Source: Ramazzottius varieornatus (Eukaryota; Animalia; Tardigrada). From it: 64,000 bases of DNA. Location of the stretch: positions 1,509,145 to 1,573,144 of the forward strand of contig BDGG01000002.1 in NCBI GenBank assembly GCA_001949185.1. The letters are read 5' to 3'. The notes beneath the pieces were generated by a model. The model saw only the letters and a list, made by a program, of their open reading frames with translations. It was not told the origin of the DNA and did not search any database. Shown piece after piece: positions 51,940 through 64,000 of this stretch; position 1 is the first letter of the stretch; every line of letters starts with the position of its first letter. A program made the position numbers and the translations under genes.

Positions 51940-52560
51940 TAGTGCTGGCAACGATACGGTATACCGATATCGTATCGAAATATATCGAATCTTTGCGATA
52001 AAATATGCGGCAGATGTCGTATCGAAAATATCGATATGAAGCTCCTATCGAATAACGCAATAAAATATTCGGCGATATCGTATCGCGCCATATCGATATA
52101 TTATCAATATATTGGTATTTTGCTGAATGGCAAACTCGCCAGTGATATCTCGTTTACGGAAGACCATGGTTAATTTCAGAGACTTGATTTTGGCCATGGT
52201 GTACCGAGCACACTCCGCCCATTCGGTTCTGGTACTAATTCTGTTCAGGTTTCCATGTGCTTGAAGTCTTGGTATAGTCATGTCTTTGCTGCATCCAACG
52301 CTTTCGATCTTACTAATACTTTATGTGGAAATCGGCTTCTTGAGTTTTTGGGCTTGAACCAGTGGAATTCCGAAAAACTATAATTCCAGAAATGTCTATA
52401 TATCGCTGCGATATGATACAATATATCGAAAATACGGTAACGGAAAAGCATCGTATCGAAATATCGATATCGAATGAATATCGAAGACCGCGATAAAATA
52501 TCCTCCGATATTGTATCGAAAAATATCGTATCGGATTTTATCGTATTTTTGCCAGCGCTA
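51940..52560. mobile_element. hAT-like non-autonomous element (621 bp) with TATCGA arrays
   Basis: TIR TAGTGCTGGCAA / TTGCCAGCGCTA; dense subterminal TATCG/CGATA repeats at both ends; no clear TSD. Confidence 0.8.
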
Positions 52561-53174
52561 TCCACTGGTCAGACGGCCAAATGGATGTCAGAATCTGGTT
52601 GCTTGATGTTTGTTAGCAGTTGAAGATTGCCTCCGGGATGCCAAAACTTCATAACCGCTCCGGATATTGGGCCGCCGAAACCCAGACAGCTTACACCGGG
52701 TAAGTGCCGTAAATCAAAGCTTCTTGTTGTAATCTATGAATGCAAATTTTGAAATATCACGCTCACGTGTCACACAGCATGTTTGCTTGTCGACAAACGA
52801 TGCGAAGATCCCTTCTTTGGTCGAAAAGGAAACTGCCGTGAGCTGACACAAGACGGAAAATTTACCCACAAGAAGGCCGCTTTCTCGGCCAGTCAAAGTG
52901 CTAAGCTCCATTTCACGAACTTGAAAAATGGCCTTTTCCATTCTGTGTTCTCACACAGAAGTCTGATCTCCCTCAGACTCATTTCGACTACACAAACCAA
53001 AGTCCAAAGTTGTAGCAGATATCCATCACTTCAAGACTTCCTGGATGATTACCGATCACGCGATCGAACAAAACACGAGAAGCCAGAAGCTGGTCGCCTC
53101 AGTGTCGACAGTTGTCAGTGTTTCAGCATAACTCTGCATCGTCATCGTCCACCATTACTCCTACCTGCACTAGA

Positions 53175-55594
53175 ATGGTGGCTGGGTGGAATATTATGTT
53201 TTGCTTGGCGGTTACTCTCGCTTTTGTGACAGCTGAGAATGATTCGGGTAAAGGAGTCGTCAAGCTGTCGAGTGGCGCCGAACTCCATGGAGAGCAATCT
53301 CAAGAAGGAGGAACCACTGCGTTTTATGGCATCAAGTACGGTACTGCCGGTCGGTTCGAGCACGCCAAACCCAACACCGACTTCGCTTACCTGAAGGATC
53401 CTAACCGCGTCAAGCAAGGCTATGTGTGTCCACATTTCCCGATGAACATACCAGGCTTCCCCACCCGGAAACTGGATATGAATGAAGACTGCTTGTATCT
53501 GGATGTTTATGTACCGCCATCGGACAAGGAGAAGGCGGAAGCTCGCCCGGTCTTCTTCTGGATCTATGGAGGAGGATTTAAAAGTAAGAAAATTTCATGG
53601 AAAACCGGACGAAGAACTGCCATGCTAGATCCAGCATTCTTTAAAAATGAGATCCACCAGATAATTTGTTAAAATTTGACAGACCTTTGTGGTCTATCGG
53701 ACTCATTCTTTCCGATGACTGTATCGCGCAACTCTTTCTTTGCAGTGGGCGACAAGGATATGTACAACGCGACCATTTTGGCCAAAGCCATAGACGCCGT
53801 TGTAGTCACTGTGAACTACCGACTATCGGTTTTTGGTATGTATTCTCACCGGCCTTTGATAAGAGGTTTTCTACTGAATTTTTGCATCTCAAAAACTTTT
53901 TATCAGGAAGAGCGATCACAGGCTTTGCAGCCATAGTCCGTGTTGCGTAACGGTCCAGTCTTGTTACCCGACTTTCTTCACAGGTTTCCTTAGTACGGGT
54001 GACGAAGCAGCACCCGGAAACTGGGCAATCAGCGATTTGAAGGTGGCCTTGAATTGGACGTTGGACAATATTGCCGCCTTCGGTGGAGACCCAAAAAAGA
54101 TTACCATTTCTGGTGAAAGCGCCGGTGGAGCGTTGACTTCCGCCTTGATGCTGGACGACGACGTTCGGCGTAAGTTCACAAGATGGCGAAGCTTAGAATG
54201 TTTGGTCAGCCAGATGGCAATGTGTGTCTGGTCTTGTGTAGACAAGGTGAAAGCCGGCATTGCTTTCAGTGGCAGCATTTTGAGCGGTTGGGCTGTCGTA
54301 AAAGACCCAAAAGCCATCGCATTAACCTTGGCTGCATCACTGGGCTGCTCGAACGCGACCACGGCAGAAGCCGTCGCCTGTCTGAAAGGGATGCAGTACG
54401 AAGTTCTGCTGAACGGAACGAAGGCTTTGGAAGACAAGGTAAAACCTCCGCACATATCACGAGGGTTCCTGGGTTTCTAAAAAATTGTACATGGCACCTG
54501 CGTCATAAAAAAGCAGCTTGGTTGTGATTATAGACTGACAAAGCTCAAATGGGAATGCACTTTACTCCGGTCGTCGATGGTTCCCACATTGCCAAGTTAC
54601 CCGCTGATATTCTGCTAGAACGAGCTGCAAAAGAAGACAAGTCTTCCGAAGAGAATGCTGGCAAGTTAATCACCGGGTACCTCCGCGAAGATGCCGCCAT
54701 GTTCACCTTGTGTAAGTGTCTCTCAATATGACCACTGCACCTGATGATAGCCATGCAACCTGGCCATACTTCCGATGTGACAGTTATTGCACCGCAAGCG
54801 CTGTTGGACAACGCCACTCACAATTATTCCTCAGCACTGAAAATGCTCACGATGCATTCCATTGGTATGACCAAAGGGAAATGTCCACCGGATGTGGTGG
54901 CCAAAAACGCCAAAGCCGCCTTCGACTTCTACAAGATATCTGAAAGCGTCACTTCGGACGAAGCGCTAAACGCCTACCACATGGTAGGTCGAATTGCCCA
55001 AGGCTCACCTCTTCATATTGTGTGGCTAGATCTGGATGCTGAAATAAAAACACTTCGCGTCAATAGATCGCGTCTGATCTGATGTTCGGAGTGTCCGCCA
55101 TGAAAGAGTCCATGATGTATGCCAACATCTCCGAGAAGGCCAACCAAATGTTTTTGATCACATTTAATCCGGGCTTCCGCAGATTAGGTAAGATCAGTCA
55201 GCCCTCCTCCATTCAGAATCTAGTTGCTTTAAAATGGTTTTTCTCTGTTCAGGGGCTTTTCATTTCATGGAAGTTCTTCATCTGTTCCGAGGGGTTCTGG
55301 ATGCTATGATGAAGGAGAAAATGAGCGAGGCCTTCACGAAAACCATATCAGACTACGTCCACCAGATAGTTTACAATGGGTAGGTGACCAGCTGGTCACG
55401 AGCTGTGTCTGTTTTCCTCATCAAAATTAGTTCAGTGACGAGAACCATTGGTTTGCAGACACTACGATGGGCCCTTCTTCGGCCGAGAAGGAAACTATCA
55501 AGAAATAGATCAAGATAGCAAAGTCGTCAATAAGAAGATCGAGTTTGCCAAAACACAGCTTCTGGAAGACATGCTCCATTGCCGCAACACTTAG
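53175..55594 (+). CDS. Secreted type-B carboxylesterase (multi-exon)
   Basis: Signal peptide; EDCLYLDVYVP, WIYGGGF, VNYRL, FGGDPKKITISGESAG (nucleophile Ser), GYLRED, GAFHFME (His). Confidence 0.93.
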
Positions 55595-56140
55595 ATTGGC
55601 TCAATGGTGTACATGTGTTGTCCACAGTTGCTGTACTTTTACGTTTACGTAGAGTCAACAAACAGTGCAACTTGTGTTCTGTTGATCACCGTGCGTGCAA
55701 GATACGAGATATGGTGTCTTTAAGGGGGAACAATGGCGCACTACACTTCATGCAGACTTTGCTTAGCCAAAAAGGTAATCGTCACACTACGTGTGCAGGG
55801 AAACAAACAGTCACAGTACCTCCAGGATGCCGGTTTCACCAACAACATGTTGTTCCGTTACAATTGAGTATCGCTTGAGCCTGCTGTTTGCGGTCTACCG
55901 CAATGCGATGCCCATCAGACTTTAACGCCGTTCGAGAAAACTGTAGAAAACGCCGGTGGTTATAACGTTCGTACCCTTTCGGGTTGACAGATGATAAGGA
56001 TATTGGCGTCAATAATAATGCATATTTTGCCGACAAAGCTAACATTTTAGACAGATTCAAGAAGCAATTCTGACACAAAGCACACAAATAAAGTTTCTGC
56101 TTGCCCAGTCTGTTGTTTTTCTGGCGCATCTTTAAAGAGC

Positions 56141-58850
56141 TTAGTTGTGCTGTTGCTGCTCACATCTCAAGATGTGTTTTGTTGGTCCAGGTGGGATTAA
56201 CCACTATAAATACCGAATTGAATACGTGTCTCGCAGGTGTAAACCAAAGTAAGAGCGGCAAAGCATACCGTAAATTTGCGGGCGAAGGCGGTTGGGTAGT
56301 TCACTATACCGGCTATCGATTCGCCATCTGCATTCTTGCCAAAGACTACCATTCTGGTTCCGTCTTGGTTCAACATTGCGTTGACTGAAGCGAAGTAGCC
56401 GCTAACCATCGTGCCAATGTTGAACGCATCTCCATCAAAATTATACATCCAGTTTGGATTACTTGGATCTACCAATAAAAATAATTTCGAAATTCGAAGC
56501 TCAGATTTCGTCAATCTCGGACAGAAAAAGCATCGGTACTTACAGAAAGCCCACCTTTCTAACAACCCACTCTTGAAGTAGTGCGCTAATGCTCTTGTAA
56601 TGGCGTAGCCAGTGCCATGCTCCGCACACTGGATTTTGGTCGAATTGGCTGGAATTGAACAGTCGGCTCCAGCAATCGCGTACGGCTAGAAGAAAAAGAA
56701 GACTTTGCTGAAGTCAGTCGGTTACTCGTGCCTCTGAGATGGTCATACGTTTAGCAGCCATAACTTATTGTCATCGTTAGCGAGAACTCTGTACGAAGTG
56801 ATGGGTCCAGAAGGGGCGTCCGGAAATTGTGTACGCAGAGGAACTGCTGGACCGACTGGAGTCAGCGTGCCGCCCGACTCGAATGAAACTTGGAGAGTAC
56901 AATTGCCTAAGATGTTTTCGGATACTGTTTTCTCTTGGATCACTCTTATCGAGGCGAAAATGTATACTTTCAGACAGTGTATAACAAACGGTAGTAAGCG
57001 TGTCAAAGCCGACCTTGGAACAGGTAAATGGGAGCCGACGGATCACTGCTGTTCATCGATATGGCTTGATCTATCTCAGAGTGGCAGAACGAGGTGATAT
57101 TGCAGTGGTTTTCGACCCTGATAATCGGTGCGGAGATGTAACTTTCGATGCTGACAGCGTTTTGGCCCATGGCAATCCAGAAAATTCCTTTCTCTCCATA
57201 GTATTTTCCTAAGATTTCGCAGCCTCGAATATTTTACCGCAACGTCTCTCGTTCACTAGTACAATAGTACTCTGCCTTACCCCAGGAATTTCTGACCAAC
57301 CAGTACGGTTCGCCATCCTCGGTTCTGTTCCAACCAATGATGGTAACGATGTGCCCCTTCTGGTATTCCGCCGACGCTGTCGGTTTCTTGTAGATACCCT
57401 GCGAAGCGTTCCACGTGGCAAGGTCCGAGTACAGGTCGACAGTCACGGTTAGCGGACCATTCAGCATAATGTCGTGTTGGATCTGCGTTACTGCAGCGTC
57501 AATATCCCGCTGACTCATAATGTACTCTTCTTTGATGTGATTAATCCAATATCCGTCAACTGCATAAGGAAACTGACATCTACAGAGTTTGCTTAGTAAT
57601 TCTGAAAATACAGGTATAATACTGATTATCTTGTCTTTCTCCAGCGGTATTGAGTATTCTCTGTTGGTGCATTTTGTTGAGCATGTTAGTGGCGCCACGC
57701 TGAACGGGTCCACAATGTACGGTACACAGCCCAGGTGGCTCTTGAATTCACCACCGGTAGGTAGACCATACAACATCGCGTGTTTGTAAGCGTGGGCTGC
57801 GTTTCCTCCAGCTTCACAACTGAAAAGTATCGGGATGTGTTCTGCTGACAATGTGCCAGTGGAACAAGATCAAGAAATTGTAGGTCGGAATTTTAGTGAA
57901 CTCGTACTTCTCGTCAGCATTTTGTGAAGTATATGTGCAGGAAGCTGCTTGATGGGCAGATATGATTGGGTTGATGGCTTGGCCAGAAGCGATACAAATT
58001 CGATCGGTCAGAACACCAGCGGCATTCACAGCCTACATGGCAAAAAAAATACTGTGCCTCTTTCTGATGGTTAATTTGACAGGCTGCTCATCTGCTGAGA
58101 AAGCGTACCCAGCACGTCCGGCATTGACCTTGGTCTCGAATTCGCTTTATGCTTGTACAATTCGGCCAAGCTTCCCGCGAGTCGAAAGCCAGTGGAGCGG
58201 ACGCGCGACTGTTCTTGGGGTTCGGGCGAAGCTTTGGATGAGCCTCAATTTCTTTGTCGGCCAGCATAACAGCTCCACCAGGTGGCGCTCTTCTGGCAAT
58301 GCTAGAAAAACGAAGTTTTGTCGCTATCAAGTTCTGCTCTTTATCGAACTTGGGTAACTGGCTGGTAAGTAAACGATACCTTTACGTACCTGCATTCGAT
58401 GAATGTTATCCCGAAGACGACGTACAACAAAAGGTGGAGGTTGCGCAGCACATCCATTCTGGGGAGCGACGCAGCCAGATGGTGTCCAATCTGCACCGAT
58501 GCCAGAAGGCAAGCAAACCAAACTCAGTCCTTGAAAACGAACGGCGCAGCCGGCCGGAGAACTGGCGTGGCACCGACGTGTTCAGTTGAAAATCAGCCTG
58601 ATTGCTCCCCGACAGATCATCCCAGCAGTAAGGAAATTTTGCAGATGTCGCAACTACGCTTTTCGAGTACATGTACCCGTGTATTTTCGGTGCCTGCAGG
58701 TTCGTCGGTTGTACGACGAGCTATTGAAAAACAAGCTGACATAAGCAGAGGTAGGCGAAATCCACACGAAGTCTGACCATACACTACCCTCGGGTACCGT
58801 AGACAAGGGCATTCTTTTACGATGCGGGAAAAAAACCTTGCCGTAGCCAT
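56141..58850 (-). CDS. Cathepsin B-like cysteine protease (C1A) with a C-terminal hemopexin-like extension; first exon uncertain
   Basis: [26 protein letters not shown] (Gln, Cys), [17 protein letters not shown] (His), YWLVRNSWG (Asn). Downstream in-phase exons 57014-57208, 56749-56906, 56544-56685, 56269-56468, 56141-56203. Confidence 0.85.
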
Positions 58851-59820
58851 GTGTCCCTCCGGTACTAGTCAACGGTTGGAGATGCGTCCCTTTACGCTGC
58901 ATGATCATGGGACGGGAGGATTTTACAAAAATTTCGCAGATGGGCTCTGCATCGCACTTCTTCGCGCAAATTAAATCCTTATTTATTCTTCTCGCTTATT
59001 TGTGAACTCCATGTGACGAAACCATGCCTGTTCGGAAGAACACGCCCTCGCAATTCGACAATTCGCAATTCGACGATACACGATTCACGAAAATCGGACG
59101 CTAGCGACGGATTATATTCGACGTGGAGGTACTTTGTCCATGACATATATGGGAAAGAACGCTGTGGAGCCTATATAGAAATTTCTTGCAAAATTCTTTT
59201 GCTGAAGATCTTTCATGATGGATTCGCTGAAGTGATATTTGAGCTACGTTCTGGTCGTTTAGACGTTCTCGTGGACCTGACAGGTGACGGGTGACCAGCA
59301 GCCAAGAATGGCCCATATTTCCTTGTCTGATCTGCAAACAGTTCTCGGCTGATTGATTGAAAAGATTACTCTGTTGCCACGTAGTCAGAAAGTTTGAAGT
59401 CCGAGGAGCGAGACCCAACTTTACCCGTTTGCCGCACTGGTGACAACTTTTTCCACTGTCGTTTTCTCACTAACGTCCCGCTACCAAGAACCCAAAATAA
59501 TTCAGGTACCTATGAACACTTAGCTTTATTCCTATTCAGTTAAAAGTGGGAATAAGTGAAAATCATGACGCGAGAAATTCCAGATAGGAAGTCGTTCGGG
59601 AATTCCGTTCGGTATTAGGGATTACGTATGCTTTCTTCAGACGGCGCAGCAAGCCTCGCTGCAGTCCAGGATCAGCTGATCCAGTAAACCACATATGTGC
59701 CGTATCAAGTAGAAATCGTGCATTTGTGACGAAATGTCATTGCAGCATCCGACCTGATTTCATCTTTCTTTCGCTCCTGCTCACTTGACATCCACGGTTA
59801 AACGTCCGAAACGGTGATAT

Positions 59821-61745
59821 ATGAAATCTCATCCGGCTGCCGTTAACGATGGAATGTCCATCAGGATGGCGGCCGCGAAGTACGATATACCTCCCAAGAC
59901 TCTGGCCAACAAATTCAACGGAAAGCATCAAAAGAAGGTCGGCTGTTCCAACACGTTCACGCTTGAAGAAGAGGCGGAAATTAGCGAAATTCTCGTCCGC
60001 TGCTCCAAGATCGGTGTTCCTCTCGGTAAACGTCATCTGATCAAGATCCTCGAAGCCATCCCCATCGCGAAAGGTGATTCTGATGTTACTTAAACGTTGC
60101 TCGTACGAAGGACAACCTTCGGGTACCATCAGCTATATGTTAAACAGGAAATGTCTGACAGCCAACTTCCGGTTAATAATGCACCAAGGATAACCTTGTT
60201 AGCGGCGTTACCTTCTTCTAGGCATGGACTGAGCTAAGTTCATCAATCAATGGCACCGGAAATTTCTTCGGAGAAACCGTGAAGTTTCTTTACGGATACT
60301 GAGCGCGCCGAGCTTCGAAAAGCCTAAGGAATGGACAGCGGGCCGCTGCGAAGAATGGACCTCGCTTCTCTAGAATTAAAGCGACGAGAAATTTCTTGAC
60401 GATCCTAGCGGGATCTGTAACCTTGACGAATCGGGACTTCTGTTGGCAGAATTGTACGACAGGGTGTACGCCGAGAGAGGCCTGAAGGAAACAGTGGTTT
60501 GCGTATAAGCCTCGGAGAGCGACCGAGAGAACATCTCACTCTTGGCTATGGGGAACGCAGCTGGAAGGATGCTACGCCCCTTGATTCTGTACAAAGGAAA
60601 GATACATATTGAGTCACACTTCCGAGACACCCACGATACGTGCTACATTGGCACTAATTCTTCGGGAGTGATGGATACTGAGGTTCTGACCGACTTCCTC
60701 GGGAACGAATTTCTTTCGTCCAGCACTTGTCCCAAAGTAAGCCTTGTACGCGCACCCGCTGTGGCGATGATACTTCTACTTTATAAACCTTCCATCTTTC
60801 TCCACTTGAATGGCACCAAGGTTAACGTTGTGAGTTTGGTCATATTGCAGAACGTGTTGTTTTGCGACGAGCATTCTTCTCATCTGAGCTGTATCCCCTT
60901 TCTCGTGGCCTGTGTGGAGCATGACAAGAAATCCGGGTGGTCGTTCTTGCATCTGGCCAGACAGCTTTCTGACAGCCGTTGGATAAGGAGGTGTTCGGTA
61001 GGTTAAAGCGGAAGTGGCACAGTTATCTTCGTGATTCCAGGCTTGACACCACCACCGATGTGACTGATACCCGTATTTATGATTCGACTATCTTGTAAAA
61101 ATTGATGAATTTGACAAAACTTTTCTTCTGGATTTCTAGGTTTCTCGCCACGACGTCCCTGCTCACATCGTCAAACTCTAGAGACCAGACTGTCCACCGT
61201 ACTCGTTCAACTTAGGTAAGGACCTACTGGCCAAGGTTACTCTTCTATATCTGGCTATCTGCGATGAAGCGTCAGCAGACAGGAAATCCTGCAGTAAAAC
61301 TAGAGGGAAGAATGCGCCAGATCGTCAACTGGCGCACGTTGTCAGTGTTGCTAGCTAGGGACGGCTGGACGTATCAAACAGATCCGCAGTTTTGCCTCTA
61401 TTCTACGAAGTTTCATGGACTATAAGTCAAGGTTGTGCCGAGAACGGACCTGACAAGCAACTTCGTAGAGAAAAGTCAGACTATGGACCTTTTTGATATC
61501 TCGAGCCACCTCTGTTGTTGACTGAAAGCTTGCGCCACTCGGATAAACAATCCTGTCGCAATCCTGTGTTTACACAGATTCCAAATATACTTGTTATGCG
61601 GATGTTATCTTACCGAATGCTTTTGTTTCTAGGTGGACCGTTGAAAGAAAGATCTCGGAAAACTGGAATTTTTCCGTTCGACGCCAATTTGCTCAGGGGC
61701 ACAGTGAATCCTTACTTGGAAATCGTGGAAGAGGCGGAAGTATAA
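59821..61745 (+). mobile_element. Degenerate intron-containing pogo/CENP-B-like transposase
   Basis: Psq HTH MSIRMAAAKYDIPPKTL; CENP-B HTH FTLEEEAEI...WHRKFLRRN; DDE motifs NLDESG, GNAAGRMLRPLILYKG, LFCDEHSSH, QPLDKEVFG, KTGIFPFD; stops and frameshifts present. Confidence 0.88.
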
Positions 61746-62731
61746 AGCAACGAGCATTCTTGCAGACATTCAACCTTGACATTTTAGTCTTTGGCTTTTG
61801 ACTTTTCGTCTCGGCCTTTCAGTTTTACTCCCAGATTTCCTGCTTTACTCCTGACAGTTATAGTTTATTCTCGACATTCAGTTTTACTCTTAGTTTACCT
61901 CTCGGGGGTAAAACTGTAACTGAAGAAAATAGTAAATTGATTTTACTTTGAGTCTAGCTAAATACAACACTGGCGTGCTGCTCATACAAAGTGCACGGCG
62001 ATCGTACAACGGTAGGTCCATTAAGCAGTGTGACCTCAACGTCTGGGCGCCCAAAGTGGATTAGGTCATGTAGTTTTCGTACTGTGTTGTGTATGGTAAT
62101 ACACGACACCGATGAGGCAGATCGAACGAACTATTTTTCGAAACTATGCAAATATTATAGACCGTTTTTCGCAATATCTTCCAAAGAAGCAACCTTCAAA
62201 TGTTCTTCTCTAAGCGTCGTAAGACAAGCTTCCTGGCTCTCCAGTGTATTGCGGCAGAATAGTTCACTGAAGAATGTTATTCCTCGGTTTTTGCACGATT
62301 TACAAAGCTTTTTCATATGGCTGCGGCTGGTTATCAAGAATGCCGCCCATTGACGTCATCGTAACTTCAGCTATGCAGCTCAAACATCCGTCCATCCCGG
62401 CTGCTTAAGGGAAAAGGATGGCTTCCCAACACCTAACTGTGGAAGACCTGTGCATTTTGAGGTACTGTGGGCACGCAGTGGGCGGCTTAACCGCAATCCC
62501 ACGCTTCCGTTCCATAATAGCTTCTTTTGGGTCCGACCTACACTCTATACCGTCAGTAGCTGCGGCATTTCTTCCTGCAATCCAGGAGGGTACATTAGGC
62601 TAATCACGACGCGGTAGAGCCCGCTACTAACTTGTCTGCGATCAGAATGAGTACACCGCAACGAGAGCCCATTGGACGTATCAGTCAGGAGTTCAGCTTG
62701 AAAACTTTTCCCCACTGATCAATTTACCAAG

Positions 62732-64000
62732 ATGTTAAAACTTTACCTCGTGTTCGTCGGGCCTTGGGTCTTGCAAAGTCTGGTCGTTACAGCTCAAGGA
62801 CCTTCGGAAGGCAATACGACCAACGTTACTGTTCGCGTCGGCATTGTGTTGTCCGAGCGAACCAGCAATCACCGCTACGACTTTGACATTCTGTCCCCAG
62901 CAATTCATCTTGCATTTGCGGAAGCGGCACGTCGCTACAATATCCATTACCAAGTACACTACGGTGTTTCCGAAACGGAGTGCTCCCGGTCAGAGGCGGT
63001 AGGCAAAGCAACGGACTTGATCTTCAATGACCATGTTCAACTGATCGTCGGACCGGCCTGCTCGCAGGACGTAGAGGCGGTGGGCTACTTGCTGAACTAC
63101 TACAAGGTCCCCTGGATCACCGGAGGTGGCACCTTGTTGGAAACAACCGGCACCTTTTTATATCTATCGCGGTTCAGCTACAACACCTACACGCAATGGC
63201 AGTTCTTTATTCGAATCATGCAGCGCTACAACTGGACGAATGTAGCCATTGTCTACAACCGCGACGACGACTATACCGTAGCAAATTCGAGGTGTAAGTT
63301 CCTGCATTCGGAATGTATAGTGTAGAAAATGCATCCCCACCCGTGCTCCCATTTGGACCTTTTTCATGATTTCCAATTGGGACTACCAATTATGAAACCG
63401 TCCTTCCACCTGGAAAACCGTATAAAAAAATCCAAATGGAGAGACGGGTAGGGATGCATTTCTTGCACTGTACTAGCCTTAGGTGAGTGGTTAACGTTAG
63501 TTCTGCTTTCAACTTCACGCTTTATGTGTGTTATAGCACTGCTCCGTCAACTACATGAGGAACAATTTTCTGGGTATGAGGTTCCGCTTGCTGCCTCAGT
63601 GCCTTTCCAAAGGCAGGAAAAGTTCGCCTGGAGCGAGATAGCCGGAAACGCCAGAAGTAAACATTATATGGTTCAACATCCTATCTTAATTTACGTGTCC
63701 GCTAGGTGTGAAATATTCTTCTTTTTCAAGTTGTGGTGGTTCAGCTGGACAACAAGAAGTTTGTCCAGTTCATGGATAGCGCGGTGCGGCTGGGTTTCGC
63801 CGACAGCGGGGAGTACGCGTTCTTTGTGATTGACCCATTGCAAGACAATATAGTGAGGGACGATGGATCAGTCAACCAGAGAGCACTGGCTGGGATTTCC
63901 GTTACAGCTTTGGAGGCGTTACAAGTGATCTCCTTGAAGATGATGGAATCCCCAGAATGGAAGGCTTTTGCCGCCCTAATGGCACAAAAATACCGGCAAG
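62732..64000 (+). CDS. Natriuretic peptide receptor / receptor guanylyl cyclase-like protein, extracellular ANF-receptor domain (continues past the right edge)
   Basis: Signal peptide; VRVGIVL, PAIHLA, LIVGPACS, YYKVPWIT, YLSRFS, YNWTNVAIVY; later exons ARIVVV and GEYAFFVID. Confidence 0.8.
63318..63470. mobile_element. TA-flanked MITE (153 bp) in the receptor gene intron
   Basis: About 40-bp imperfect TIRs (..AAATGCATCCC.ACCCGT....CCATTTGGA) with TA on both flanks. Confidence 0.8.

Noticed and set aside
61790-61972. TTTTACTC-rich tract ending CAACACTG as another hAT element
   Set aside because: Only one plausible end; the candidate partner at ~61343 gives no TSD and encloses pogo coding sequence.

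Overview
Compact, intron-rich animal genomic DNA with many 50-130 nt GT-AG introns. Gene content and compactness suggest a small ecdysozoan, plausibly a tardigrade (inference only). I saw no rRNA, tRNA or CRISPR. Left to right: an ELKS/CAST/Bruchpilot-family active-zone gene (- strand, 11 exons traced, runs off the left edge); two tandem orphan secreted low-complexity ORFs, the second a Lys-block/Asp-Tyr-Trp-block polyampholyte with a frame discontinuity; an SLC22 transporter; a transposon-rich 18-39 kb interval holding a candidate amidated neuropeptide precursor and an orphan class A GPCR; glutaminyl-tRNA synthetase; IQUB; a GH18 chitinase-like protein lacking its catalytic acids; a decayed ORF; a secreted carboxylesterase; a cathepsin B-like protease; an intron-containing pogo transposase relic; and the 5' end of a natriuretic-peptide-receptor/receptor guanylyl cyclase-like gene. 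More than ten non-autonomous TIR elements are visible. The best novelty candidates are the cathepsin B-like gene, which splices in phase into a ~220-aa hemopexin-like C-terminal domain that the ORF track does not show, the secreted block polyampholyte, and the WYL-amide prepropeptide next to an orphan GPCR.
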